A stretch of 64,000 bases of DNA from Spirochaetia bacterium (GTDB lineage Bacteria > Spirochaetota > Spirochaetia > SZUA-6 > Bin103), in contig CBDBDQ010000005.1 in assembly GCA_965203905.1 (NCBI GenBank), positions 1,632,001 to 1,696,000 on the forward strand, given 5' to 3'. Within the stretch, counting starts at the first letter, position 1, and every line of letters begins with the position of its first letter. The notes under the pieces are model-generated. The model searched no databases, had not been told where the DNA came from, and worked only from the letters and a program-made list of their open reading frames with translations. Positions 1 to 9,623 of this stretch are shown one piece after another. Made by a program: the position numbers and the translations under genes.

Positions 1-1
1 A

Positions 2-226
2 CTGCGGCTTCCGGACCCGAAGAACGAGTCAATCGTGGCGGCGGAAGTAGATCCTGAGATCAGGTTCGGACAACCACGCATCCCCGGCACCGGCATCCCC
101 ACGGCGATCATCTACGAACGCAAGTGCGCTGGTGAAACGGCAGAGCAACTCGCCGCGGTATACGAACGGTCTGTGACCGAAATGAAACGGGCGATCAGTT
201 ACGAGGAATCGAGCCGCGCTGCGTGA
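2..226 (+). CDS. DUF433-domain antitoxin (5' end probably outside window)
   Basis: Frame open from the window edge. VDPEIRFGQPRIPGTGIPT...AGETAEQLAAVY...AISYE matches the DUF433 pattern. Confidence 0.8.
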   Translation: MRLPDPKNESIVAAEVDPEIRFGQPRIPGTGIPTAIIYERKCAGETAEQLAAVYERSVTEMKRAISYEESSRAA

Positions 227-390
227 CGCCTCCCACCCTCTATGTGGACGAGACGTATGGTCCTGGGCTCGTCCGTTTGCTGCAGGAGATGGACCTGCAG
301 GCGGTGACCTATCGCATGCCACCGCCATTCGTCATCTCACTCACTCGCCAGAAATTGGAGTTTAGCTGGCTTGGACCAGAGGTGAGGTAG
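223..390 (+). pseudogene. Truncated PIN-like (VapC45-type) toxin, 55 aa
   Basis: GTG overlaps the DUF433 stop (GTGA). Translation VTPPTLYVDETYGPGLVRLLQEMDL resembles a PIN N-terminus, but the ORF is far shorter than a PIN domain. Confidence 0.55.
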
Positions 391-494
391 ACGAAGGCCG
401 TCGGCGCGTGCTTGGTTCGAGCCATCCACCCTGATCGGGGTCAAATTCCGCAGCCGCACCCGCAACATCGAGCGTTTCGAGCCGAACTATCCTG

Positions 495-550
495 AAATCG
501 GCGGCCATGGCGCTGATTTTCCAGTTAAATCATCGGCTTCGCCGTTGATT
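495..550. promoter_or_regulatory. Two tandem imperfect palindromes (AATC-N15-GATT), putative operators
   Basis: aatc(496)...gatt(518) and aatc(528)...gatt(550), each with extended imperfect dyad symmetry, directly upstream of the ATPase gene. Confidence 0.45.
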
Positions 551-581
551 CTTGGTCTCCAGGGCCGCTACCCTGGGTTGC

Positions 582-1742
582 GTGTACCGGAGAACCCTGG
601 ACGTCAGGAAGCTTGCCCAACGCAAGTCGCTGTTTCTGTTCGGGCCCAGGAGTACCGGCAAGACCACCCTGCTGCGCGCTCAATTCGACACCCGGGCGAT
701 CGTCAACCTCCTGCGCAGCAGCGTGTACCTGCCGCTGGCCGACAGTCCGTCGCGACTGCGCGAGGTCGTGGCGGACGGCCGCGTCGATGCTGCGGGCAAG
801 CGGCCGGTGGTCGTCATCGACGAGATCCAGAAGCTGCCGCAGCTCCTCGACGAGGTACACGACCTGATCGAGACGGTGCGCGTGCAGTTCGTGTTGAGCG
901 GCTCCAGCGGCCGCAAGCTCAAGCGCGGCGGGGTAAACCTGCTGGGCGGCCGCGCCTGGCAGGCGAACCTGTTTCCCCTGACTTCCGCGGAGATCCCCGA
1001 CCTGGATCTGGGCCGCTATCTCCTGCACGGCGGGCTGCCGCAGGTATACGACTCCGAGTACCCGGACGAGGAGCTCGATGCATACGTCAACACCTATCTG
1101 CGGGAAGAGATCCGCGGCGAGGCCCTGGTACAGAACTTCGCATACTTCGCACGCTTCCTGAACGTTGCAGCGGTGTGCAACGGCCAGCAACTCAACTTCG
1201 CCAACGTGTCGCGGGACACCGGTGTGCCCGTCACGTCGGTGCGCTCCTACTTCGACATCCTTGCTGACACGTTCGTCGGGTTTCTGTTGCAGCCCTGGCG
1301 CGGTTCGCGGCGCCGCAAGGCCGTGGCGACGGCCAAGTTCTATTTCTTCGACGTGGGCGTCGCCAACTTCCTGCGCGGCAGCACCACGCTGAACCGGAAC
1401 AGCAGCGAGTACGGCATTGCGTTCGAGCACTTCATCGCCATGGAGCTGCGCAGCTATCTTTCCTATCGGCGCCGGCTCCGCAGCGAGCTTACCTACTGGC
1501 GCACGCAGAGCGGGGTAGAGGTCGACTTTCTGATCGGCTCGACCGCGGCCATCGAGGTCAAGGCCTCCAGCCGGGTCAGCGACCGCGACCTGAAGGGGCT
1601 GCGCGCCCTGGCCGCAGAGGGCACCGGCGCGGCGGCGTTCCTGGTCTCCTTCGATGAGCTCGACCGGCGCACGGACGACGGCATCCGCCTGCTGCACTGG
1701 CGCACGTTCCTTGACGAACTCTGGGCCGATGCACTGTTCTGA
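582..1742 (+). CDS. AAA+ ATPase with DUF4143 / PD-(D/E)xK-like C-terminus
   Basis: Walker A GPRSTGKT, Walker B VVIDEIQK, LSGSS, GGLP, KFYFFDVG, YWRTQSGVEVDF...AIEVK. Start GTG 582 inferred. Confidence 0.9.
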   Translation: MYRRTLDVRKLAQRKSLFLFGPRSTGKTTLLRAQFDTRAIVNLLRSSVYLPLADSPSRLREVVADGRVDAAGKRPVVVIDEIQKLPQLLDEVHDLIETVRVQFVLSGSSGRKLKRGGVNLLGGRAWQANLFPLTSAEIPDLDLGRYLLHGGLPQVYDSEYPDEELDAYVNTYLREEIRGEALVQNFAYFARFLNVAAVCNGQQLNFANVSRDTGVPVTSVRSYFDILADTFVGFLLQPWRGSRRRKAVATAKFYFFDVGVANFLRGSTTLNRNSSEYGIAFEHFIAMELRSYLSYRRRLRSELTYWRTQSGVEVDFLIGSTAAIEVKASSRVSDRDLKGLRALAAEGTGAAAFLVSFDELDRRTDDGIRLLHWRTFLDELWADALF

Positions 1743-1766
1743 CTGTGAAGTGATCGGGAGGATTAC

Positions 1767-4214
1767 ATGACTCCGGACAGCAGCGTAGAGACCATCGAGA
1801 TCGGGAGCGCGGGGTTCTCGTTCGAGCGCGGGAGCGGGGCGCTGGTGAGCGTGCGCAATCTCGTCACCGGCAACGAGTATCTCCAGGGCGCGGCGGAGCG
1901 TGGCAATCTGTTTGCCGTGTACTACGACTTCAACGCCGAGTTCGAGGTAAACGGGTCGGAGCGCGCGTCGCCGCACGCGGCCTCGCTGCCGGCCGCGATC
2001 ACCGACAGCGTCTTTTCGCCGTTCCAGGCGCGCGCGGCGCGGTCTGCCCGCGGCGGCACCGGCGACGCTCCAAGCCTCACGGTCGAGTACGACTGCGGCG
2101 CCGCCGCGGCGCCGTTGCACGCCAGGCTCGGCGTCAGCCCGGGACCTGTTGCGGACAGCAGCATCTGGAGCCTGGCGCTGACCAACACCGGTGCCGGCGC
2201 GGTGACCTGCATGTGCAGCTTTCCGCTGCTCTCCGGCCTGCGGCTGGGCAGCGGCGACGGCAACCTGATGGTGGTGAACGACCAGGCCGGCTACATCCTG
2301 CCGCTGTGGGCCCATTCCGGCGGCACCTACGGCAACGCCCGCTACATGAGCATGCAGTGGGGCTGCGTGTTCGACGAGCGCAGCGGGGACGCGTTCGGCT
2401 TCATCGTGCGGGATCCCGAGATCAGGAACAAGCAGATCCGCTACCTGGAGCCTTGCATCGAGGTGAGCTACTTTCCTCCGTTCAGTATCGCACCGGGGAC
2501 GACCGTCACCTTTCCCGAGGTCGAGATACTGGTGTACGCGGGAGACTGGAAGCGGACGGCGCAGCGCTATCGGCACTGGTTTTTGCGCCACGTCGGGACG
2601 GTGCCGCACGCCGACTGGGCGCGGCGCATCGACGGCCATGGCGCGGGCTGGTTCGAGAAGCGCGGGCAGTCCAACCCCGAGGGCTATCCGCACGTGATGC
2701 TCCCGCTCGACCGGTTCGAGGACCTCCCGGAGCTGTACCACGCGCTGCCGGTGGACTGCCAGGAGTACGCCTTCCACTGCAGCCGGTCGCAGCCCACGGA
2801 GATCACCGGCAAGCGGATGCTGTGGACCGACGCGGACAACGTGATCCGGGGAGACCTCGGCGGCGCCCCGGCGCTGCGCGAAGGCATCCGCGGGGTCCAC
2901 GAGCTGGGGTACCACTTCACCTTCTACGTCGAGGGCTACCTGTGCCCGGGCGACGCCGACATCGTGCGCCTGCAGGGGGCACGCGAGTGGGCGGTGATGA
3001 ACCGCGACGGCTCCAACTTCGGCGCCTATACGAGGGAGGGCGAGGAGCTCGGCTGCGGGCTGCTGCACATGTGCCCCGGCTGTGCCGAGTGGCAGGAGTA
3101 CCTGGCGCGGACCGCGGCGCGCCTGGTGCGGGAGACCGGCGCCGACGGCGTGCGGCTCGACTCGCTGGGGTTCTACGCCTTCCCCTGCTACCACCCGGGG
3201 CACCGGCACCAGAGTCCGTTCGACTACAACCGCTGGCTGCAGCAGATGCTGGAGAAGGTGGCGGCAGCGGTGCGCCGGGAGAACCCGGACTGCCTGCTCA
3301 CCACGGAGGGCGGGGCGGACTTCTTCGGCCGCCACTTCGACGGCGCTCTGACCCAGCAGTTCATTCCGGAGCGGGTCGCGGTGAGCCGCGACGTGTCGCC
3401 GATGCGCATCGCGGTCCCCGAGTACCTGGTGCTGTGGCACGTCACCAGCGGGCCCGTGGCGGCCTCCCTGTCCGGATACCCGGGCGGCTCGGCGAGCACC
3501 ATCAGCAGCACGCCGCGGGCCATGGAGCTGGACCGGAAGTGGCGCTGCGCGCGCTGGCCGGTGGCGGACGTGATCCGCTGGGGCGACGCGGTGCACGACA
3601 ACCCGGTCGCGGACCGTGCCGACGTGACCTGCCGCCGGTTCAGCTCCGACACGCTGGACGTGATCGTCGGCGCCCGGCCGCGCTTCCGCGACGACTGGGA
3701 GCAGGGTGCCGATCCGGCCGACCCGGTCCGGCGCGGCGTCGCCATGAACGCCGACATCGACGTCGCGCCCGATCGGGTCTCCTTTCGCGTCACGGTCGCG
3801 ACGCCCGGCCGCAGGCCCCGGAGCGCGGTCCTGTTCGACGTCGAGCGCCAGCGTACGACCGAGGTCGAGGTGGCCGCGGATGGCCGCACGGCGACGTTCG
3901 AGGTCGACTGCAACTGGTTCCTGGCCGTGCTCGGGTACGAGGGGAGTGCTCCGCTTGCGGTGATCGACCTGCCCGAGCGCCGGCCGCGCGGCGCCGTCGC
4001 GGACGCCACCGTCTCGCTGCTCGGCGGCGCGGCACCGCGGAGCTGCACCGGCATGCTCTCGGCGCCGTCGCTGGGATTGAGCGAGCCGCGCCCGATCACC
4101 GTCCCCGGCACCTTCGAGCTGCCGGTACCTGAGGCGGCCGCGGCCGGCTTCCACCGGATACAACTGACCTCCGAGGAGTTCCTCGGCTGTGAACGGTTCC
4201 TCGAGGTAGGCTGA
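1767..4214 (+). CDS. Large glycoside-hydrolase-like TIM-barrel protein (DUF6259-like)
   Basis: 815 aa after a GGAGG RBS. MCPG..WQEYL, ADGVRLDS and LTTEG resemble the GH13/GH36-clan catalytic region. Confidence 0.55.
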   Translation: MTPDSSVETIEIGSAGFSFERGSGALVSVRNLVTGNEYLQGAAERGNLFAVYYDFNAEFEVNGSERASPHAASLPAAITDSVFSPFQARAARSARGGTGDAPSLTVEYDCGAAAAPLHARLGVSPGPVADSSIWSLALTNTGAGAVTCMCSFPLLSGLRLGSGDGNLMVVNDQAGYILPLWAHSGGTYGNARYMSMQWGCVFDERSGDAFGFIVRDPEIRNKQIRYLEPCIEVSYFPPFSIAPGTTVTFPEVEILVYAGDWKRTAQRYRHWFLRHVGTVPHADWARRIDGHGAGWFEKRGQSNPEGYPHVMLPLDRFEDLPELYHALPVDCQEYAFHCSRSQPTEITGKRMLWTDADNVIRGDLGGAPALREGIRGVHELGYHFTFYVEGYLCPGDADIVRLQGAREWAVMNRDGSNFGAYTREGEELGCGLLHMCPGCAEWQEYLARTAARLVRETGADGVRLDSLGFYAFPCYHPGHRHQSPFDYNRWLQQMLEKVAAAVRRENPDCLLTTEGGADFFGRHFDGALTQQFIPERVAVSRDVSPMRIAVPEYLVLWHVTSGPVAASLSGYPGGSASTISSTPRAMELDRKWRCARWPVADVIRWGDAVHDNPVADRADVTCRRFSSDTLDVIVGARPRFRDDWEQGADPADPVRRGVAMNADIDVAPDRVSFRVTVATPGRRPRSAVLFDVERQRTTEVEVAADGRTATFEVDCNWFLAVLGYEGSAPLAVIDLPERRPRGAVADATVSLLGGAAPRSCTGMLSAPSLGLSEPRPITVPGTFELPVPEAAAAGFHRIQLTSEEFLGCERFLEVG

Positions 4215-4235
4215 GGCTGCCGCCGGGCGTCCGGC

Positions 4236-5138
4236 TCAGTCGTTCCCGCGGGCGGGGAAGCGCAGGAAGCGGCTGGCGGTGCCGCCCATGATGGCGGCGT
4301 GGTCGCTCTCCGGCAGCTCCGGCAGCAGCTCGCGCACCACCCCGGCGAGTTTTTGGTAGCCGGGGTCCGCGAGGTTCCAGGGGAAGTCGGTGCCCCACAT
4401 CAGGCGCCCGGGGCCGTAGGCGTCGCACAGGTTGCGATGCCAGCGCGTGAGGTCGCGGTAGGGATACCCCTCGCTGCTGAACGCGGGCTGGCCCGACAGC
4501 TTCACCACCACGTTCTCGTAGCGGTTGAGGCGGTACGTGGTGTGCAGGGCGGGGTTGTACGCCGGGGTGGCGATGCGCGGCCGCCCCTGCTCGTCGCGAT
4601 AGGACTTGCCGGCGCCGGGGCAGATGCCCAGGTGGTTCAGGACCACGCGCACCTGCGGAAATGCCTGCAGCAGGTAGGGCACCAGGTGGGCATCGATGGC
4701 GCGGGGGTAGAGCCAGATGACGTAGTCCCGGTCGGCTGCGTGCTTCCAGATGCGGTAGGTGGCGAACTCCTCCACCTGCATCGGCGCGAACGGGTCGCGC
4801 GGGCCGCCGATCGAGAACAGGCGGAACCCGATGATGCCGGGCTCCTCCGCCAGCCGGTCCATGTGCGCCTCCGGTTCGCGGACGTTGTCCGGGATCAGCC
4901 CGATCCCCAGGAAGCGGTCGCGGTGCCGCCGCAGACAGTGCAGCAGGTAGGCGTGCTGCTCCAGCTCGGTACCGCCGATCTGCACCAGGACCGCCTGCCC
5001 GATCCGATGCGCCTGCATGACGTCCAGCAGTCTTTCCACCGGCTCTTCGCGCTCGGCGGGGCACTCCGCGGTGACCTCCCGCGGGAACCTTGCCGACGCC
5101 TTGGCGAAGACGTGGACGTGGGCGTCGATGCGCGCCAT
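4236..5138 (-). CDS. Amidohydrolase family protein (Amidohydro_2)
   Basis: IDAHVHVF, VVLNHLG, VKLSG, RLMWGTDFP. Confidence 0.9.
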   Translation of the reverse strand: MARIDAHVHVFAKASARFPREVTAECPAEREEPVERLLDVMQAHRIGQAVLVQIGGTELEQHAYLLHCLRRHRDRFLGIGLIPDNVREPEAHMDRLAEEPGIIGFRLFSIGGPRDPFAPMQVEEFATYRIWKHAADRDYVIWLYPRAIDAHLVPYLLQAFPQVRVVLNHLGICPGAGKSYRDEQGRPRIATPAYNPALHTTYRLNRYENVVVKLSGQPAFSSEGYPYRDLTRWHRNLCDAYGPGRLMWGTDFPWNLADPGYQKLAGVVRELLPELPESDHAAIMGGTASRFLRFPARGND

Positions 5139-5855
5139 TTACTGCTCCAGGCTGAACAGCCGGCGTCTTTCGGCAGTGGCGCAGAGATGCGCTATGGAGG
5201 AGAAGGCGTCGGGGTCGACGCGCCCCTCGGTCCGCTTTTCGTAAATCAGTATGATCGACTTGCGCGGAATCCCTGAAGAATTGTCCATGGCGGCGTGCCA
5301 GCCGTAGGAGTTGAACATCACGGCGGTACCGGCCGCGCCGGTGAAGGTACGGTGGCCGGGCATGCTTTTCTGGTGCACGGGCTTGGTAAAAGGCCCCGCC
5401 GCGGGCTTGTGGCTCCCCGGCACGAAGGCGAATTCCCCGCCGCCGGGTGGGACGTCGTTCACGTAGATCTGGACCTTGATGTGCAGCGGGTTGCTGTGGG
5501 GGACGTCGGGATGCCAGCTGGTGTAGCTGAGCGGCCACGGGGGTACGGTGCGCACCTGCTCGGCCAGCAGTATCGGCTCGGCGTCGGTGAAATCTCTGAG
5601 GCAACCGTAGTAGCTGGGGTGATCGACGATGTCGACGAAGATCTCGTCCTTCTCCAGCGCGTCCGGAATGTCGTAGAAGGTCGCCGCCTGCTCGCCGCGT
5701 TCGATGCGGTCGAGCCAGTCCGCCTTGCAGCGTTCCGCCCAATGGTCGAACGCCTGCTGCAGCCGTCCTAGTTCATCGCCCGCAATCGCATTGGAAAACA
5801 CCAGGTAGCCCGCTTCATTCCACTGCCGGGTCTGGGCCTCGGTGGGACCTCGCAT
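5139..5855 (-). CDS. Phytanoyl-CoA dioxygenase (PhyH) family Fe(II)/2OG enzyme
   Basis: GYLVF, WHPD (HxD), FVPGSHK, AGTAVMF..GWH. Start ATG 5855 inferred. Confidence 0.85.
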   Translation of the reverse strand: MRGPTEAQTRQWNEAGYLVFSNAIAGDELGRLQQAFDHWAERCKADWLDRIERGEQAATFYDIPDALEKDEIFVDIVDHPSYYGCLRDFTDAEPILLAEQVRTVPPWPLSYTSWHPDVPHSNPLHIKVQIYVNDVPPGGGEFAFVPGSHKPAAGPFTKPVHQKSMPGHRTFTGAAGTAVMFNSYGWHAAMDNSSGIPRKSIILIYEKRTEGRVDPDAFSSIAHLCATAERRRLFSLEQ

Positions 5856-5940
5856 GCGGCAACTCCTTGCCCTCCGGGGGCACGATCGCGTTGACAACGG
5901 CCGGCCGAATCGGATAGGTGTCAGCCCTCGGGAGGCTACC

Positions 5941-7539
5941 ATGGGGGACCGCACCTGTCTACTTGACGATGCCACGATGCGACGCTTCATCGTCGACGGA
6001 TATCTCCAGGTCCAGGCAGATCTTCCGGGCGCCTTTCACCAACGGATCTGCGACCGGATCGACGCCGTGCTGGCCCGGAATGGCAATCCGGGAGACGACA
6101 TTCTGCCGCAGGTTCCGGAGATCGGGCAGGTGTTCGACTCGCCCTCGGTGCGCGGCGCGCTGACCAGCCTGCTGGGTCCGGACTACGCCATCCATCCGCA
6201 CCGCCACTGCCATGACCTGGGACCGGGGGCGAGCGGGCAGCACTGGCACAAGGACGACTACGTCGGCGACCGGAACGTGCGCCACCATCGATTCCGCTGG
6301 GTGATGGCGTTCTACTACCCGCAGGAAGTGAGCGCGGAGATGGGTCCGACGGCGATCGTTCCGGGCAGGCAGTGCTACAATACGGTGTACGACGACGATC
6401 TCGCACGCAGCGTCGAAGAGCTCGAAATCGAGCGCAACTTCGCCGTCGAGTCGAACCGGCTCGGCAACCACGATCCCGCTCCGGTGCGGCGCATCGCGCG
6501 GCGCCTTGGCGACGAGAGGGCGCACACCGGCGAGCAGGGCGAGCTGCCGCTGTGCGGGAAGGCGGGCACGGTGAACCTGGTCAACTTCGACACTTGGCAC
6601 CGGGCTACGGCGAACCGCAGCGACCGCATGCGCTACATGCTCAAGTTCCAGTTCACGCGCATGCGCGAGCCCGCGGCAGGCCCCTCCTGGAACAGCACCG
6701 ATCGGCGCTGGCAGGCGCTCGGGCATGACACGGATCCGGCGCTGTCGGAGGATGTCTGGAACTGGCTGTGCCGGCGCGCGCATCCGCACACGGCGCCGGA
6801 CGCGGCGGCAGACGGGTCGCTGCCGAAGCTGCTGGCGGCCCTGCGCGCGAGCGACGAGGCGGGGTGTCTGCGCGCGGTCTATGCGCTGGCCGCGCTGGGC
6901 GCCCCGGTGGTGCCGGCCTTGATCGACGTCCTGCGCGAGGAGGCTCCGGCCCGCTGCCGGCTGAGCGCTGGCCGCTCGCGGGCCAACCCGGCCGGCGGCA
7001 ATCCCAGCGAGCTCTATGCGGCGCACGCGCTCAGCGCCGTGGGCGCTCCCGCGGTGGCCGCCCTGAGCGTGGCGCTGGAGGATGGCGAGTGGGCGGTTCG
7101 CGCCGCCGCCGCCGATGCGCTGGGGAACATCGGCACTCCGGCGCAAGGGGCGGTTCCGGCGCTGCTGCGGGCGCTGGGCGACGAGAGCATGTGGGTGCGC
7201 CGCAACGCGCTGGAGGCGCTCGGAACGATCGGCTGCACCGGCGCCGGCGTGCTCTCGGGACTGCTGGCGGCCCTGCGCGATCATGATCGCCTGGTGCGCC
7301 GCAATGCTGCCGTCGCCTTGACCAAGGTCGCCCGACCCGACGCGCACGAGTCCGTGCCCGGGCTGTTGCAGGCGCTCATCCACGACGAGCGCTACGTCAG
7401 CTTCTACGCGGCCACCGCGTTGGGACGAATCGGCACCCGCGCGGCGCGCAGCGCGCTGCTGGAGGCCCGTTCCCACGCCGACGCCACGGTCGGCTTCGCC
7501 GTGACCACGGCGCTGCACCAGCTCGAGAACGGCCGCTGA
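5941..7539 (+). CDS. PhyH-family dioxygenase fused to C-terminal HEAT repeats
   Basis: FIVDGYL, WHKD, GPTAIVPG, TWHRA, then repeated VRxxAAxALGxIG units. GGAGG RBS before ATG 5941. Confidence 0.85.
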   Translation: MGDRTCLLDDATMRRFIVDGYLQVQADLPGAFHQRICDRIDAVLARNGNPGDDILPQVPEIGQVFDSPSVRGALTSLLGPDYAIHPHRHCHDLGPGASGQHWHKDDYVGDRNVRHHRFRWVMAFYYPQEVSAEMGPTAIVPGRQCYNTVYDDDLARSVEELEIERNFAVESNRLGNHDPAPVRRIARRLGDERAHTGEQGELPLCGKAGTVNLVNFDTWHRATANRSDRMRYMLKFQFTRMREPAAGPSWNSTDRRWQALGHDTDPALSEDVWNWLCRRAHPHTAPDAAADGSLPKLLAALRASDEAGCLRAVYALAALGAPVVPALIDVLREEAPARCRLSAGRSRANPAGGNPSELYAAHALSAVGAPAVAALSVALEDGEWAVRAAAADALGNIGTPAQGAVPALLRALGDESMWVRRNALEALGTIGCTGAGVLSGLLAALRDHDRLVRRNAAVALTKVARPDAHESVPGLLQALIHDERYVSFYAATALGRIGTRAARSALLEARSHADATVGFAVTTALHQLENGR

Positions 7540-8772
7540 TGGACCCTTCCTCGCTCTCGATTGACCAGCAGCGCCGGATCCTGATGCACGGCGTCGAGGA
7601 GGTGGTGCCGGAGGGGACACTGGACGCGCTCCTGCGACGGGCGCGGCAGGAGCGGCGGCCGCTGCGCATCAAGCTGGGCATCGACCCGACCGCGTCCGAC
7701 ATCCACCTCGGGTTCGCGGTGGTGTTGCGGAAACTGCGCCAGTTCCAGGACCTGGGCCACATCGCCTGTCTCGTGATCGGCGACTTCACCGCGCTGATCG
7801 GCGATCCTTCCGGCCGCTCGAAGACACGACCGATCCTGTCGCGGGACGAGGTGGTCGAGCATGTCCGCAGCTACGAACGGCAGTTGTACCGGATCCTCGA
7901 CCCGGAGCGCACGGAGCTGGCATACAACGCGGACTGGCTGGCTCCGATGCGGTTCACCGACGTGGTTGCGCTGGCCTCGCAATACACCATTGCGCGCTTG
8001 CTGGAGCGGGACGACTTCGCGCAGCGCTACCAGGCGCGGCAGCCGATTTTCCTGCACGAGTTTCTGTACCCGCTGTGCCAGGGGTACGACTCGGTCGCGA
8101 TCCGCGCCGACGTCGAGCTCGGGGGAACGGACCAGAAGTTCAACAATCTGGTAGGCCGCGATCTGCAGCGGAACGCCGGCCAGGAGCCGCAGATAGTGAT
8201 GCTGATGCCGCTGCTGGTCGGCACCGACGGCGTCGAGAAGATGAGCAAATCGCTGGGCAACTACATCGGAATCGACGAGCCTCCGGCGGAGCAGTTCGGC
8301 AAGATCATGTCGATCTCCGACGACCTGATGGAACCGTACTACCGGCTCGCCTCGGATGCTTCATCGGATGAGGTCGCGGCGACCATGCAACGGCTCGCTG
8401 CAGGGGAGGCGCATCCGATGGACACCAAGTTGGACTTGGCGCGGCGCGTCGTGTCGCTGTACCACGGCGCTACCGCCGGCGAGCGCGCGGAGGGAGAGTT
8501 CACGGCACTGTTTCGCGAGCGAAAGACGCCCGACGATATGCCCGAGATCGACGTAAGCGCCGACCTCTCGGATGGTGAAATATGGATCGTGCAGCTCATC
8601 GCCCGGGCCCGGTTCGCCGCCAGCAACCGTGAGGCGCGGCAACTCGTGGAGCAGGGGGCGGTGTCGATCGACGGGACCCCGGGTCGGCGACCCGCGCGCT
8701 CAGGTGCGGCCGGCCGACGGCAGCGTGCTGAAGGTGGGCAAGCGGCGCTTCGCGCGGTTGCGCGTGGAATAG
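7539..8772 (+). CDS. tyrS: Tyrosyl-tRNA synthetase with an apparent +1 frameshift at ~8677-8680
   Basis: KLGIDPT, HLGF (HIGH), GGTDQKFN, KMSKS. The S4-like tail VLKVGKRRFARL lies in another frame ending at 8772. Confidence 0.95.
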
Positions 8773-8778
8773 ACCGGA

Positions 8779-9609
8779 TTACGCGTTGCGGGCGTCGTTG
8801 TCGTCCGCGATCCAGCGCTTCCAGTTCTCCTCGTCCGGCTCCAGGAAGCCGCAGTTGGCGCGCTGCGCGAACTGGTCGTCCACCCCGAGCAGGCGCAGCA
8901 GGCGGCGGTCATTGCGCGCCCGCGCCCCGGCAATCACCGCCTGCGAGACCGGGCCCCGGTAGTTGGCGCGGTGCTTGAGCCACGAGTGGTTGAAGGTGAG
9001 GAAGAACAGGTAGCGGTAGTCGCTGGAGCGGTTGGGGCTCCCGGAGTGGAGCATGCTGCAGTGGAACACGGCGGTGTCGCCGGCCTTCGGGTAGACGATC
9101 ACCTCCTCGGGGTGCGGCCGGCGCGCCTCCTCAGGGGACATGCGCAGGGCCCGCATGTGGGAGCCGGGAATGATGCGCAACGGGCCGGTTTCGTCGGTCA
9201 GGTCCTGCAGGTAGGAGAGCGCGTTGAACAGCAGCGGGCGATGATACACGCCGTCCTCGGGGAAGAAGGCGAACATGTCGCGATGGAACCCCAGCGCAGC
9301 GCCGTCCTTCTCAGGCTCCGGCGGCGTGCGGCGGAAGGTGATCGACTCGAGCTGGACGTGGGGGCCGACCAGCATCTCCGCGAAGTCGAGCAGCCGCTCG
9401 TTGGACAGCGCCCGCAGCACCGGCTCCGGCTTGTGCTCCAGCAGGTTGGTGATGGCGGAGGGCCGGCTGCCGTCCGCGTTGGGAATGCGCCCCTCGAGCT
9501 CCTCGAATCCATCCCGCATCTCCCGGATCCAGGCCGGGTCCAGCAGCTGCGGGAACAGCGTGAAGCCGTCGCGCTTGAACTCGACGAGATGTTCTTCCAG
9601 CGGCTTCAT
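8779..9609 (-). CDS. PhyH family dioxygenase
   Basis: FKRDGF, FHRD, LRIIPGSH, AGDTAVFH..MLHSG. Confidence 0.88.
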   Translation of the reverse strand: MKPLEEHLVEFKRDGFTLFPQLLDPAWIREMRDGFEELEGRIPNADGSRPSAITNLLEHKPEPVLRALSNERLLDFAEMLVGPHVQLESITFRRTPPEPEKDGAALGFHRDMFAFFPEDGVYHRPLLFNALSYLQDLTDETGPLRIIPGSHMRALRMSPEEARRPHPEEVIVYPKAGDTAVFHCSMLHSGSPNRSSDYRYLFFLTFNHSWLKHRANYRGPVSQAVIAGARARNDRRLLRLLGVDDQFAQRANCGFLEPDEENWKRWIADDNDARNA

Positions 9610-9623
9610 GGGGCTACCCTATC

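Noticed and set aside
525-4163. 1212-aa minus-strand ORF and many other long overlapping ORFs (e.g. 30067-32853, 55083-57476, 19090-20988)
   Set aside because: Antisense or alternate-frame shadows of motif-bearing genes, expected at high GC; Arg/Ala/Gly/Pro-rich with no motifs.
8773-8978. C-terminal extension of TyrS in the ORF track
   Set aside because: Product of the frameshift; overlaps the convergent PhyH gene.
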